From: Verrucomicrobiota bacterium
GTDB taxonomy: Bacteria > Verrucomicrobiota > Verrucomicrobiia > Limisphaerales > AAA164-E04
Assembly (NCBI GenBank): GCA_047947115.1
Contig: CP170459.1
Coordinates: 4,320,001 to 4,384,000 of the forward strand
Direction of reading: 5' to 3'
DNA length: 64,000 nucleotides
The notes beneath the pieces are model-generated. The model saw only the letters and a list, made by a program, of their open reading frames with translations. It had not been told where the DNA came from and did no database searches. Of this stretch, positions 18,128-27,964 are shown one piece after another (within the stretch, counting starts at the first letter, position 1; every line of letters begins with the position of its first letter). The translations under genes were made by a program, and so were the position numbers.

Positions 18128-19687
18128 ATGAAACGGGTCGTTATATTAGTTAAATCCGGTGAAGAACAGGACCAGAAACTGGCCAAATTGATCGAGAACA
18201 AATTGATCCAGAAGGGTCATTCCGTGTTTGTCGATCGCGAAGCGCAAACCAGCATGGCTTGGGCGGAAAATGTGGCACAGCAGATCAAATCGGCAGACAT
18301 CGTGATTCCCCTCGTTTCCGATGCCTCATGCCGAAGTGAAATCTTTTCATATCAAATCGAAGCCGCGCACGACGCCGCACAAAAGCAAAATGGCGCACCG
18401 ACAATCATCCCCTGCCGTGTTGCCTTTACGGAAGATCTGCCCGACCCCATTGGCGGCATCCTGGCCCCCATCACCCACTTCCTTTGGGAAACGGAAGAGG
18501 ACAATGATCATTTGATTCAGGACCTTGAAGAACGGATCGACCATATCAAGGAAAGAAAGGATCCCGTCAAACTGACTGTGAAGCCGGGTCTGAGACTCGT
18601 CTCCAAACCCGCTCCCAAGCCAAAGCCCATCCGGGTCACCATTCCGGTCCAAACCAAACCCAAGGGTCAGCTTCCTCTGGAACCCATCGGCGGCGCCGTG
18701 CCCCTGAATTCAGAATTTTACATCAAGCGCATAGCGGATAAAGATTTCCGTGAAGCCCTGACCCGCTACGACAGTATTGTCCTCCTGAAAGGAGCACGTC
18801 AAATCGGGAAAACCTCTTTGCTCGCACGAGGGCTCCAAATGTCCCGTGAGCGAGGTGCGAAAGTCGCACTGACTGATTTTCAGAAATTCAACGCATCCAA
18901 TCTGGCTGATGTCTCCAGCTTCTATATCAGCCTTGCGGAATCCCTGGCCGAACAACTGGATTTGGACGTCCTTCCATCCGACACCTGGGATGAACGACGC
19001 GGTCCGAACGTGAATTTCGAACGATTCATCCGGAGAGAGGTGCTCAAGAACATGAACGCCCCTCTGGTGTGGGGTTTGGATGAAGTCGACCGGCTTTTTA
19101 CCTGCGATTACGGAAGTGAAGTGTTCGGTCTGTTCCGAAGCTGGCATAATGAACGTGCACTCGATCCAAGCGGCCCCTGGGCAGGTTTGACCCTCTGCAT
19201 CGCCTATGCCACCGAAGCGCACCTGTTCATCACGGACATGAACCAGTCCCCTTTCAACGTCGGCACCCGCCTGGCTCTGGAAGATTTCTCAGCCGAACAA
19301 ATCAAAGAGCTCGACGAACGTTATGGGAGTCCTTTGAAAACAGAAGATGAAGCGAAACAATTTCAAACACTGCTTGGAGGGCATCCTTTTCTGGTTCGCC
19401 GTGGGTTGCATGAGATGACCACCCGCAAGATCAGCTTTGCGGAATTTGAAGCCGGAGCCGACAAGGAAGACGGTATATTCGGCGACCATCTACGTCGCAT
19501 CCTGGTATTGTTGGCCAAAGACCCCGAATTGGCCGATGTGCTGAAGGGAGTCATCAACGGACAACCCTGCCCCACACCGGAAAGTTTTTACAGACTTCGC
19601 AGTTCCGGAATCATTCACGGCAATTCACAAAATGACTGCCAGACTCGCTGCGACCTTTACGCACGATTCCTGAAACAACATCTCTAA
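18128..19687 (+). CDS. TIR domain + AAA_35-like ATPase protein
   Basis: N-terminal TIR-like (VFVD, IKSADIVIPLVS); GGAVPLNSEFYIKR, Walker A GARQIGKTS, Walker B LDEVD, SPFNVG, GGHPFL. Confidence 0.8.
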   Translation: MKRVVILVKSGEEQDQKLAKLIENKLIQKGHSVFVDREAQTSMAWAENVAQQIKSADIVIPLVSDASCRSEIFSYQIEAAHDAAQKQNGAPTIIPCRVAFTEDLPDPIGGILAPITHFLWETEEDNDHLIQDLEERIDHIKERKDPVKLTVKPGLRLVSKPAPKPKPIRVTIPVQTKPKGQLPLEPIGGAVPLNSEFYIKRIADKDFREALTRYDSIVLLKGARQIGKTSLLARGLQMSRERGAKVALTDFQKFNASNLADVSSFYISLAESLAEQLDLDVLPSDTWDERRGPNVNFERFIRREVLKNMNAPLVWGLDEVDRLFTCDYGSEVFGLFRSWHNERALDPSGPWAGLTLCIAYATEAHLFITDMNQSPFNVGTRLALEDFSAEQIKELDERYGSPLKTEDEAKQFQTLLGGHPFLVRRGLHEMTTRKISFAEFEAGADKEDGIFGDHLRRILVLLAKDPELADVLKGVINGQPCPTPESFYRLRSSGIIHGNSQNDCQTRCDLYARFLKQHL

Positions 19688-19708
19688 GCTTCAGACAATC
19701 CAAACAGC

Positions 19709-19742
19709 GAAAAGCCGAGCAGATGCTCGGCTTTTCTTTTTT
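19709..19742. terminator. intrinsic terminator
   Basis: gaaaagccgagc-agat-gctcggcttttc + T run between convergent genes. Confidence 0.85.
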
Positions 19743-19763
19743 GATGGCGCGTTTCATTCGCCT

Positions 19764-21365
19764 TCATTCAGCCAACGGAATTCCACTGGGCACCCGCATC
19801 GGGATGTCGCGCGTCATGTTCAGCGCGCGTGGATCCGTAAGTGCATGAAGGAAGGAAAGCAATTGATCCGTTTCCGATTCGGAAAGTGAAACCGGCTCCA
19901 GTTCGTTGGCTTCAGCCAGATTATCCACCAGCGTAGCATCATCCATGAACTTCCAGTCCAACGCATCCAAATCGTGTCTCGGAGGCAGCACGGCCTGTTG
20001 CCTGTCATAGGTCGCCAGGGATCCGAATGGATGGAGATGATGCAACACCACCTGCCTCAAATCGCGATAGGCCCCATCGTGACCCCAGGGACCCGTCAAT
20101 GCCACATTGCGCAAGCTGGGGGTTCGAAAGCGATACCGGTCCTCGGGATCATCAGTGACTTTTTCACGGCCAAAATCCTCGCGTCCACCGGGACCGTCTC
20201 CTTTACCCGGCCCCAATTGAGGCATGCCAATGGCATGGAAATCGTGATCGGTCAAAAACGGTCCCTGATGGCAGGAAGCGCACTTGGCTTTTCCATAAAA
20301 CAAAATCATCCCCCGCTTTTGATCCGGACTCAATGCCGTCTGGTTCCCCCTCAGGTAACGGTCAAAGGGGGTGTCATCAAAACGCCAGGAATGTGCCTCA
20401 AATGCCGCAATGGCATTGGCGGCGTGTACGAAAGTGATGTCACCTGCGCCATCGACGTCATCAAATACATTGACGAAAAGATCGACGTATTCGGGTATGG
20501 ACTGCAACCGAACTGCCAAAGCCTGCCAAACTCCCGGCAGATCCTGCGCTACGGCTAGATCCGCCACCAGGTTTTCTCCGGCTTGCCCAGCCATCTCGGC
20601 GCCCGAAGTGACCGGGAACATGGCCTGCACGGCCAACACATTGTCCAGACCTGCTGGAAGATCATTGCCGGCCGGAGATCGGAATCCGTGGGGCTGATCA
20701 GCGGCCAGTTCAACACGTCCGTCGTGAAACATGCGTTCAAACTCACGAGCGCCTCTGTTGAAGATGTCGGGAGCGTTTCTTGGAACACGTTCATGAATCG
20801 CCTGATCTCCCACTCCGATATGTCGAGTTGGACCGAGTCCGCGGCCTCCCTCACCAATCGGAAGCGACAGAAGATCACTGGTTCCGGTCAGGGAATGATG
20901 ACAGGTCGCGCAAGAAATATTCATATTTCCACTCAGAACTTTGTCAAAAAACAGCATGCGTCCCAATTCAACTTTGGCCGGATCGGGTGTTCCATGATCA
21001 TAGAAATCGGAATCCCGGACAGGGCCCGGAACCGGAAATGCCAATGGGTGTCGATTCAGTCTGAAAAACATTGGAACACCCGTTTCGAATCCATCAGGGG
21101 CTCCATCGGAATCATGTTTCCAGAAAAGATTGTTCCAGTAACTCTTCCATTCTCCTTGAAACCCGTTTTTAAACTCCAGTTCATAAGCTGCCGGGCCGTC
21201 TTCGGCATCAGACCATTGAACGCGTCCGTTGTGTGAAATCGATTTCAAACCCTGAGAGGTTTGGGCGTTTGATTCACCGGTTGGCATGACCAGTGTGCAA
21301 GCAAATATCCAGGCGCAAAGCCGGGCGGGCATACGAAAGCATTTTTGTTCGTAGGGCATTTTCAT
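19764..21365 (-). CDS. di-heme cytochrome c peroxidase/MauG family protein
   Basis: LGRMLFFD, CATCH, CASCH, FRTPSLRNV, PWGHDG; signal peptide. Confidence 0.9.
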   Translation of the reverse strand: MKMPYEQKCFRMPARLCAWIFACTLVMPTGESNAQTSQGLKSISHNGRVQWSDAEDGPAAYELEFKNGFQGEWKSYWNNLFWKHDSDGAPDGFETGVPMFFRLNRHPLAFPVPGPVRDSDFYDHGTPDPAKVELGRMLFFDKVLSGNMNISCATCHHSLTGTSDLLSLPIGEGGRGLGPTRHIGVGDQAIHERVPRNAPDIFNRGAREFERMFHDGRVELAADQPHGFRSPAGNDLPAGLDNVLAVQAMFPVTSGAEMAGQAGENLVADLAVAQDLPGVWQALAVRLQSIPEYVDLFVNVFDDVDGAGDITFVHAANAIAAFEAHSWRFDDTPFDRYLRGNQTALSPDQKRGMILFYGKAKCASCHQGPFLTDHDFHAIGMPQLGPGKGDGPGGREDFGREKVTDDPEDRYRFRTPSLRNVALTGPWGHDGAYRDLRQVVLHHLHPFGSLATYDRQQAVLPPRHDLDALDWKFMDDATLVDNLAEANELEPVSLSESETDQLLSFLHALTDPRALNMTRDIPMRVPSGIPLAE

Positions 21366-21668
21366 GTTGTTATCTCCTTTGGTTGAACAGATGTGTTTGT
21401 TCAAAACTGACATAGCAAGAAGTATGCATTTTGCGGATTTGCGAAAATGTCATCGATGAATCAGAAACCATTCGAACCTGATGATCGGGCAAATGCCCTA
21501 CGGTCAACAGGTGTATCTGAAGGGCATATGAGACCGTAACTTTATTTACAGCACTCGGGTTGGGTCTGCAGAATCGTTTCAACCAAAAAAGCACCCACAT
21601 AACAGACGAACGCTTTCAGGCGTGAGCATCGGTCCTTTTTCAGGGATCATCATCAACGGTAAGCATCT

Positions 21669-23780
21669 ATGAGGAAACACAAAGCACATCAGATTCAAGT
21701 GGCTGGATTTGAAGAGGCAGAATCCTTGTCAAATGATGAAAAATTTCGCAAAGCGATGGAGGCAGCACCTCTGGCGATGTTGAAAGTGGATCAAAAAGGG
21801 ACCATCCTGTTTGCCAATCAAAGCGCGCTGGACCTGTTCGGCTACGAGAAGCAAGAACTGTTGAACAAACCGGTCGAAACACTCCTTCCTGGCGAGTTGC
21901 GACACCTGCACAAGCAACATCTACAGAATTTCTCCAGGAAGCCGGACAATCGACGCATGGCAAAAGACCGAGACCTTTTCGGGCAGCACAAGGACGGATC
22001 ACTGATTTACCTTCAAATAGGACTCACTCCGCTCAATTTCACCGGTGACCACCAGATATTGGTGACGATACATGACATATCAGACCAAAAGCGTTTTGAG
22101 GAACCGCAGGCACAATTGAACACCGAACGGGAGGAGCGTATCAACGAATCGGAGCGACAACGGTGTGCAGCATTGAAACTGGCCCAAGATGCGGAAAGAG
22201 CCCGCCTCCGGGCGGAAGCAGCCGAACAAAGATTGGCCAAAGTTGCTTCCGATTTAGCATTGTTCAAATCCACACAATCGAGGAAAACAATAAAGCACCG
22301 ACTCAACGGTTTTCACCTGCGCAATATGATCCGATGCGGCAACCAAATCAGAAGGTTGAGCATCAAACGCCGATCACTCGACGGTGTCGCCGATGAAATT
22401 GTTGAGTTTTTTGATCAGCATTTCATTGATCACGACAACAACAAGGCATTTTCCTGTATCCGATTCTTCCGCACGCAGGCTTTTGCCACTCTCACCCAGA
22501 AGCAAAAGACCTTTTTATTAAAAGATACAACGGATATCGGACAGGATGAAATGTGCCTCGTCCAATGTGGTTTTGTCTGCAAGGACAAGGCTGAGGACAT
22601 CACCAGCGATACATTCGGCATACACGGAGATCTTCCTCAACATTTCGCAACCCCCCTGAGTTCCAACAACTCAAAAAACCCCATCCCGCTCGTCCAGGCC
22701 ATGCTGTGTTATCTGGGGCATAACAGTAGATTGAAAGGAAAAACGCTGAACCAGGAGGAATGGATGATCGGAAACAAATATCCCGGTTACGTCTCCCTTA
22801 TTTCAAGAACTCCGGCAGGAACCTCGGCAGATGATCATCCTTCGACACTCATGGGATTAGGAGGGGTGTTGATAGACGAGCAGTTGTTCCTGATGATCGC
22901 CCAGGCAAACACCCACATTTCAGAGGAAACATTCATGCTTCTTTCCCACCTGAACCTCAGCATCAAGCTGTCGTTGCTTCCCCTCTGCGCACACGAAGAT
23001 CGGACGATCGAACAAATCAAAACGGTTCAAACCTTGCTGCAAAGAACTCAAAATCTCGTCATTGATCAGGAAAACAGATTAAGACTCACCATGGAGCAAC
23101 TGGAATACACCAACGCCGAACTCGACCAGTTCGCCTATATCGCTTCCCACGATCTGCAGGCCCCATTGCACGGAATATCCAATCTGGCCGATTTTCTGCT
23201 CGAGGATTTGCAGGATACCATTCCGGAAGATTCCAGAAACGACCTGCTCATGCTCAAAAGCAGGACAGGCCGGATGAAAAAGTTGCTCAATGATCTGTTG
23301 GAATACGCACGGGTAGGACACCAGCATCCGAATTTCGAAGAACTGTCGATCAAGGAAGTGGTGAATGACATTCTCATCCTGTTTGAAATACCCCGAACCT
23401 TCACCGTTCATGTTCCAGAAGAACTCCCCGTCATCAGGTCTCCACGAACCATCATGGACCTTATTTTCCGCAACTTGATTGGAAACGCGCTCAAGCATCA
23501 TGATCGTGAATCAGGTCGGATTGAAATTACATGTGTCAAAGTTGGCCGCATGTTTGAGTTGGGCGTAAAAGATGACGGTCCTGGCATTGATCCGGCCTAC
23601 CATGAGCAGATCTTCAACGTTTTCAACACCCTGAAACCACGTGATCAAGTCGAAGGAAGCGGCATGGGACTCGCCATCGTTGAAAAAACCGTACAACACT
23701 ATGGAGGCACCATGTCACTGGATTCCGAAAAAGGGAAAGGAGCCCATTTTAAGTTTACATGGCCTCAGAAGTGCGGGTAA
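21669..23780 (+). CDS. PAS-domain sensor histidine kinase
   Basis: N-terminal PAS; H-box FAYIASHDLQAPL; NLIGNALKH, DDGPGID, GSGMGL. Confidence 0.9.
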   Translation: MRKHKAHQIQVAGFEEAESLSNDEKFRKAMEAAPLAMLKVDQKGTILFANQSALDLFGYEKQELLNKPVETLLPGELRHLHKQHLQNFSRKPDNRRMAKDRDLFGQHKDGSLIYLQIGLTPLNFTGDHQILVTIHDISDQKRFEEPQAQLNTEREERINESERQRCAALKLAQDAERARLRAEAAEQRLAKVASDLALFKSTQSRKTIKHRLNGFHLRNMIRCGNQIRRLSIKRRSLDGVADEIVEFFDQHFIDHDNNKAFSCIRFFRTQAFATLTQKQKTFLLKDTTDIGQDEMCLVQCGFVCKDKAEDITSDTFGIHGDLPQHFATPLSSNNSKNPIPLVQAMLCYLGHNSRLKGKTLNQEEWMIGNKYPGYVSLISRTPAGTSADDHPSTLMGLGGVLIDEQLFLMIAQANTHISEETFMLLSHLNLSIKLSLLPLCAHEDRTIEQIKTVQTLLQRTQNLVIDQENRLRLTMEQLEYTNAELDQFAYIASHDLQAPLHGISNLADFLLEDLQDTIPEDSRNDLLMLKSRTGRMKKLLNDLLEYARVGHQHPNFEELSIKEVVNDILILFEIPRTFTVHVPEELPVIRSPRTIMDLIFRNLIGNALKHHDRESGRIEITCVKVGRMFELGVKDDGPGIDPAYHEQIFNVFNTLKPRDQVEGSGMGLAIVEKTVQHYGGTMSLDSEKGKGAHFKFTWPQKCG

Positions 23781-23871
23781 CCTCTGCCACAGATGGAGGG
23801 GGAGGCAGTGCTGCACGTTGCCTTTCCAAGTAACAAGACCTTGTTTTTTTAACGAAAAGGGAGTTTGTACT

Positions 23872-24342
23872 ATGAAAGGTGCTATTCAGGAGAAGAAATC
23901 GGTCAATCGTAATCTCAGAATTCTTCACATTGAAGATGATGAAATCGACCAACGCAAAGTCGCACGCGCGCTGTCAAAACTGAACATCGATTTACCGTTG
24001 CATTCAGTTCGTGATGGACAGGAAGCCCTGGAGTTGCTCAGAGGGAAGGAATGCAGTTCCATACTGAACAGTCCTTTGCTGATATTGCTGGACCTGAACA
24101 TGCCCCGTGTTTCTGGCATCGAGTTTCTTGAAAAAATCCGCAAGGAGCCCGGACTGAAACGTGCCGTTGTTCTGGTTTTCACCACCTCAAATGATGAGTC
24201 CGACAAAATGAGGGCCTACGACTATAATGTGGCGGGTTATATCCTGAAAACGAATGATGCCGAGGATTTCCAGGAGACCATGCGTGTCATTAAAGACTAC
24301 ATTTCATCGGTTGAATTCCCAACATTGATCCACGCGGCCTGA
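23872..24342 (+). CDS. single-domain response regulator (Rcp1-like)
   Basis: HIEDD, LILLDLNMP, VFTTS, AGYILK. Confidence 0.9.
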   Translation: MKGAIQEKKSVNRNLRILHIEDDEIDQRKVARALSKLNIDLPLHSVRDGQEALELLRGKECSSILNSPLLILLDLNMPRVSGIEFLEKIRKEPGLKRAVVLVFTTSNDESDKMRAYDYNVAGYILKTNDAEDFQETMRVIKDYISSVEFPTLIHAA

Positions 24343-24365
24343 CATACAGAGGCAGAGACACCAGC

Positions 24366-25040
24366 CTAATCTCCATTGGGATCTTCCAACTGTTCCTTGG
24401 AGAAAGTCTCATAACATTGTTCACAAAAACCGTGGGAAAATTGAGCATTTGTATGTTTGGACACATAAATCTCCATACGCTCCCATACCCCGTCATCGCT
24501 GCGAATCTTTTTACACACCGAGCAGATGGGGATGATGCCTTCCAAGGTCTGGATACGTTCCAGTGCCGATCCCAACTCTTTGACCAACCTGTTCTTTGCC
24601 GAAAGTAACTTTACCCTCTCCATGGCGTATCGAATGGTCTTTTCCAGAAGTCGATCATCAAAACTCCCTTTCACCAAATAATCCTGCGCCCCGGCTTCCA
24701 CCATTTCCAACCCCAAAGTCCGATCGTCCAGAACCGTCAAAATAATAATGGGAATGTCACTGGTTTTTTTATCCTTTGCTTTCCTGAAAAAATCCAAAGC
24801 CGTTCCGTCCGGCAAACGGAAATCAAGCATCACACAGTCAAACCGCTGACACTCCATGGCTTCCTCAGCCATGGCAAGTGTGTCTGCCTCGTGAAGCTCG
24901 TAAGAAGGCATCGATCTGCATCGCCCCAAGTGGCTCTTGAAAGCTGCCCGATCGACAACATCATCATCGATCAGAAGGATATGCAATGTTTCTTCATCAG
25001 GCAATTTTATAACATAAGATATTAAGTAAATTAACTCCAA
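24366..25040 (-). CDS. response regulator with C-terminal Cys/His domain; start uncertain
   Basis: LIDDD, LDFRLPD, AGAQDYLVK; C-terminal IPICSVCKKIR...FSHGFCEQC. Confidence 0.85.
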   Translation of the reverse strand: MELIYLISYVIKLPDEETLHILLIDDDVVDRAAFKSHLGRCRSMPSYELHEADTLAMAEEAMECQRFDCVMLDFRLPDGTALDFFRKAKDKKTSDIPIIILTVLDDRTLGLEMVEAGAQDYLVKGSFDDRLLEKTIRYAMERVKLLSAKNRLVKELGSALERIQTLEGIIPICSVCKKIRSDDGVWERMEIYVSKHTNAQFSHGFCEQCYETFSKEQLEDPNGD

Positions 25041-25179
25041 TATATTGCAAGCCTAAAATCAAAGATGGTTCTCTATAAAGCACAGTCAGAAAATAGAACT
25101 TCATGACCGACAGGGCCAAGTTTCAGCTTGAACCCACTTCAAAGCCCGGAGCATTGTAATTGCCCCTGATCATGGTGGT

Positions 25180-26844
25180 CTATTTCGACATTGCCACCTG
25201 CTCCGCAAGGCGCTTCCCCATCTCCAGAATGCCCGCTGTCGATATCACCAACTCCTTTTCGGTATCCGGAAAATCCCTCCATTTGACATGAACGGTATCC
25301 GGATCACTTTGCAATGCTTCTTCAACTTGTGAAAGAACGTCGATTCGGCTGAGTTCTTCATTATGAGTGGGAGATTGCTGGCTGACATACCACTTCAGGT
25401 GCGGACGCATCAGATCCAGTCGTGTTTGCCGAATGATCGTCACCAATCGCTCTGGCGCCTGCTTCCGGTATGGATGAAAAGACATATCATTTTCACCCAA
25501 ATGATACCAGATTCCGGCCAAGTCGACTTCGTGCCCCCTTTTTTCCAATTCTTGAATGGATGTTTTGATGAAGTTTACGAAATCCGGGTACAGGTGGCGT
25601 GAGCGCGCCTCACTTCCTTCAGGCGTCCAATCAATGATCTGAGAACCACTGTGAGTGAATTTCGCGATCGCGAACTGACCCGCCCCCATCCTTTGCAGTT
25701 CCGAACCAAAACTAAGCTCAGGCCCAAAAGTATCATAATAATCAACCACACCGAGTGGTTCCCAATCCGTCGACCTGCGATATCCTCCCCCGATATCATA
25801 CCGATAAGCAATCTCTGTTTGATCGCCCTGCAAGTGATTCCAGGTCGATGAATCCCGCAACTCCTGAACAAAAGCACGCTCACCTTCCATATTACGATGA
25901 CCGGCGAGTACGAACAACTTCACCCTGGACCCGGGAGCATAAGGCCACTTTTCGAGCCGACGATCCTCCCGATGCCACAATTTCATGTTGTGCAAATAAG
26001 CCTCGGCATAATTGGCTCCATGCTGCAATTGCCCCAACGTGCCGTAATGATAATGTAATCCAACCGGACGCCCGATTTCCACTCCCACATGCGATGTGGG
26101 CACATACTGGGCTAGATGATCACTCTGAGCCACCGACTTTTGCCCCAGACTGATGGCGTACATACGAGGACGAAGATCCATTCCCCAAATGGTTTTTGTG
26201 CACAACTCGCCGATGTAAAAACGAAGATCCGGCGCATGCAAATCCCGGCGCACACATTCAAGAAATCGGGTGAGGTGGGCTCCATATTTGGCCATGTAAT
26301 CTTCATTAAACATGTCATTCTCGCCCTGGTGCCACATGAATCCTTCGAGTCGATACGGAATGCCGCCGGCTTCCAGCTCGGCCAAAGAAGTGCGCACCAA
26401 ATCCAAAAGGATGGGATACATCTTGAATCCGCTTGGTTCATCGGGATTCCAATCGCCACCCAGATGAGTCCCCCCCGCAGCGCACTTGATGATGGCAATC
26501 GGAGCGTCCACCTTGGCAGCCACATCCCGGGCAAAACTCAGTTCCGGGCCAACCACACCGTCGACCGGCTGCAGCTCCACCCAGCCATTCGACCGCATCT
26601 TGTTCTCACGACCTATACAATAAGAAAAACGAACTCCTTTCTGAGGTGCCTCCAAGCCTCGAAAAGGAGGGAACTTGAGAATGTCTTCCACATGAGAATC
26701 AGACCCCACCATGTTCGACTGACCGGCAAAGATGAATACACGAACCGGCGCCGTCTCGTTCTCAGCCCATACCGCAGTGACACTCAGACCAAGGCATGTC
26801 ACAAACAAGGGTGTCAAGTTCTTCAAAAAAATCATCCATTTCAT
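25180..26844 (-). CDS. tandem sialate O-acetylesterase (SASA/CE6-like) domain protein
   Basis: FAGQSNM, GPELSF, WHQGEND; second copy LAGHRNM, GPELSF, YHLGEND; signal peptide. Confidence 0.85.
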   Translation of the reverse strand: MKWMIFLKNLTPLFVTCLGLSVTAVWAENETAPVRVFIFAGQSNMVGSDSHVEDILKFPPFRGLEAPQKGVRFSYCIGRENKMRSNGWVELQPVDGVVGPELSFARDVAAKVDAPIAIIKCAAGGTHLGGDWNPDEPSGFKMYPILLDLVRTSLAELEAGGIPYRLEGFMWHQGENDMFNEDYMAKYGAHLTRFLECVRRDLHAPDLRFYIGELCTKTIWGMDLRPRMYAISLGQKSVAQSDHLAQYVPTSHVGVEIGRPVGLHYHYGTLGQLQHGANYAEAYLHNMKLWHREDRRLEKWPYAPGSRVKLFVLAGHRNMEGERAFVQELRDSSTWNHLQGDQTEIAYRYDIGGGYRRSTDWEPLGVVDYYDTFGPELSFGSELQRMGAGQFAIAKFTHSGSQIIDWTPEGSEARSRHLYPDFVNFIKTSIQELEKRGHEVDLAGIWYHLGENDMSFHPYRKQAPERLVTIIRQTRLDLMRPHLKWYVSQQSPTHNEELSRIDVLSQVEEALQSDPDTVHVKWRDFPDTEKELVISTAGILEMGKRLAEQVAMSK

Positions 26845-26872
26845 CCAGCATATCCTGTCTAAAAAACAAACA

Positions 26873-27862
26873 TCACTCACCGTCCTCATATTTCACATTG
26901 GCCAGCAATAACTCCACACATTCCAGCGCCGTGGTGCATGTTTCCAAATCATATTGAATAGCCCCACCCTGTTCCGCTCCGCCACCATGACCGGTCAACT
27001 CGAGCAGGACATATTTCTGCTTCTGATCGGGTGCGATGAAAGCGGTGTAAAGTACAGAAGGTTGCCCGAGGTGCTTGTCCTCATAATGTTCGTTGGGATC
27101 TCCCGGGCGATTGACCTCCACACAAAGCACGAATGATTTATCTTCACCCAACACAAGATACTCGTCCAATGTGAATTTATGACTGCTGGTCGCACCGGTC
27201 ACAGCGTCCACTTCACCCAATGGGTTGACCCCCGATACCAAAGTGTAGCGATGCCGCCAAATCGGTAAGATCTGATGACGAGGGGTAGGTTCCCCTCCCC
27301 AATCGGGCGTTTCTTCATAGGCAAGCAATGGGTCGATATACAAGGTCTCGATCATCGAGCCCGAACTGGTTTCAGCCCACACGGCAACCGACGCAGGGGG
27401 ACCGTCCGATTCAGAAAGCTGCACCCTCAAAGAAACCATCACGTCCACATCTTTTGCAGGTTTGCGGGCGATCACCTTGACGCCTTCCCCTAGATCATCA
27501 TGCCCCCCCCACGGAGAGGATCGCACAATGGTCGCCCGGTGCCGGGCTTCATAACCCTGGTCGATGAGAAGGGAAACCGGATTCATTCCCTTCCACGCAA
27601 CCCAAAGAAGCCCACTCCACACGATCGTCAATGCCGTCAACTTTCCGTAGCCGAAAAATGACTTCTCCGACTTGCGAAACGATCTTTTGAAGTATCGCAG
27701 TCTGCTGAACAAATGGCACCCCACCAAAAAAACGGTCAGGAAACCAAACACGATATGAATACGCGTCGTAATCAGCGAAAACGGCTGAAAGAAACTCAGC
27801 ACCCCGGAACATGCCAGGGTGATGAAACAAAACAGCAATCCAAAATTAACGACATGTTGCAT
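26873..27862 (-). CDS. DUF4405-like membrane domain fused to DUF2271-like domain with flavinylation motif
   Basis: 3 TM helices with two His (RIHIVFG...VGCHLF); VAVWAET..IETLYI, LPIWRH, VDAVTGAT. Confidence 0.65.
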   Translation of the reverse strand: MQHVVNFGLLFCFITLACSGVLSFFQPFSLITTRIHIVFGFLTVFLVGCHLFSRLRYFKRSFRKSEKSFFGYGKLTALTIVWSGLLWVAWKGMNPVSLLIDQGYEARHRATIVRSSPWGGHDDLGEGVKVIARKPAKDVDVMVSLRVQLSESDGPPASVAVWAETSSGSMIETLYIDPLLAYEETPDWGGEPTPRHQILPIWRHRYTLVSGVNPLGEVDAVTGATSSHKFTLDEYLVLGEDKSFVLCVEVNRPGDPNEHYEDKHLGQPSVLYTAFIAPDQKQKYVLLELTGHGGGAEQGGAIQYDLETCTTALECVELLLANVKYEDGE

Positions 27863-27964
27863 GACTCATCCGATATCGGTGTTCTCATACACCCCAAAAT
27901 GAAATGAACCTTCGAGCTTCGCAAAGCAAACTCCGCCACTGATCCGACCTTGACCGGAGCGAGG

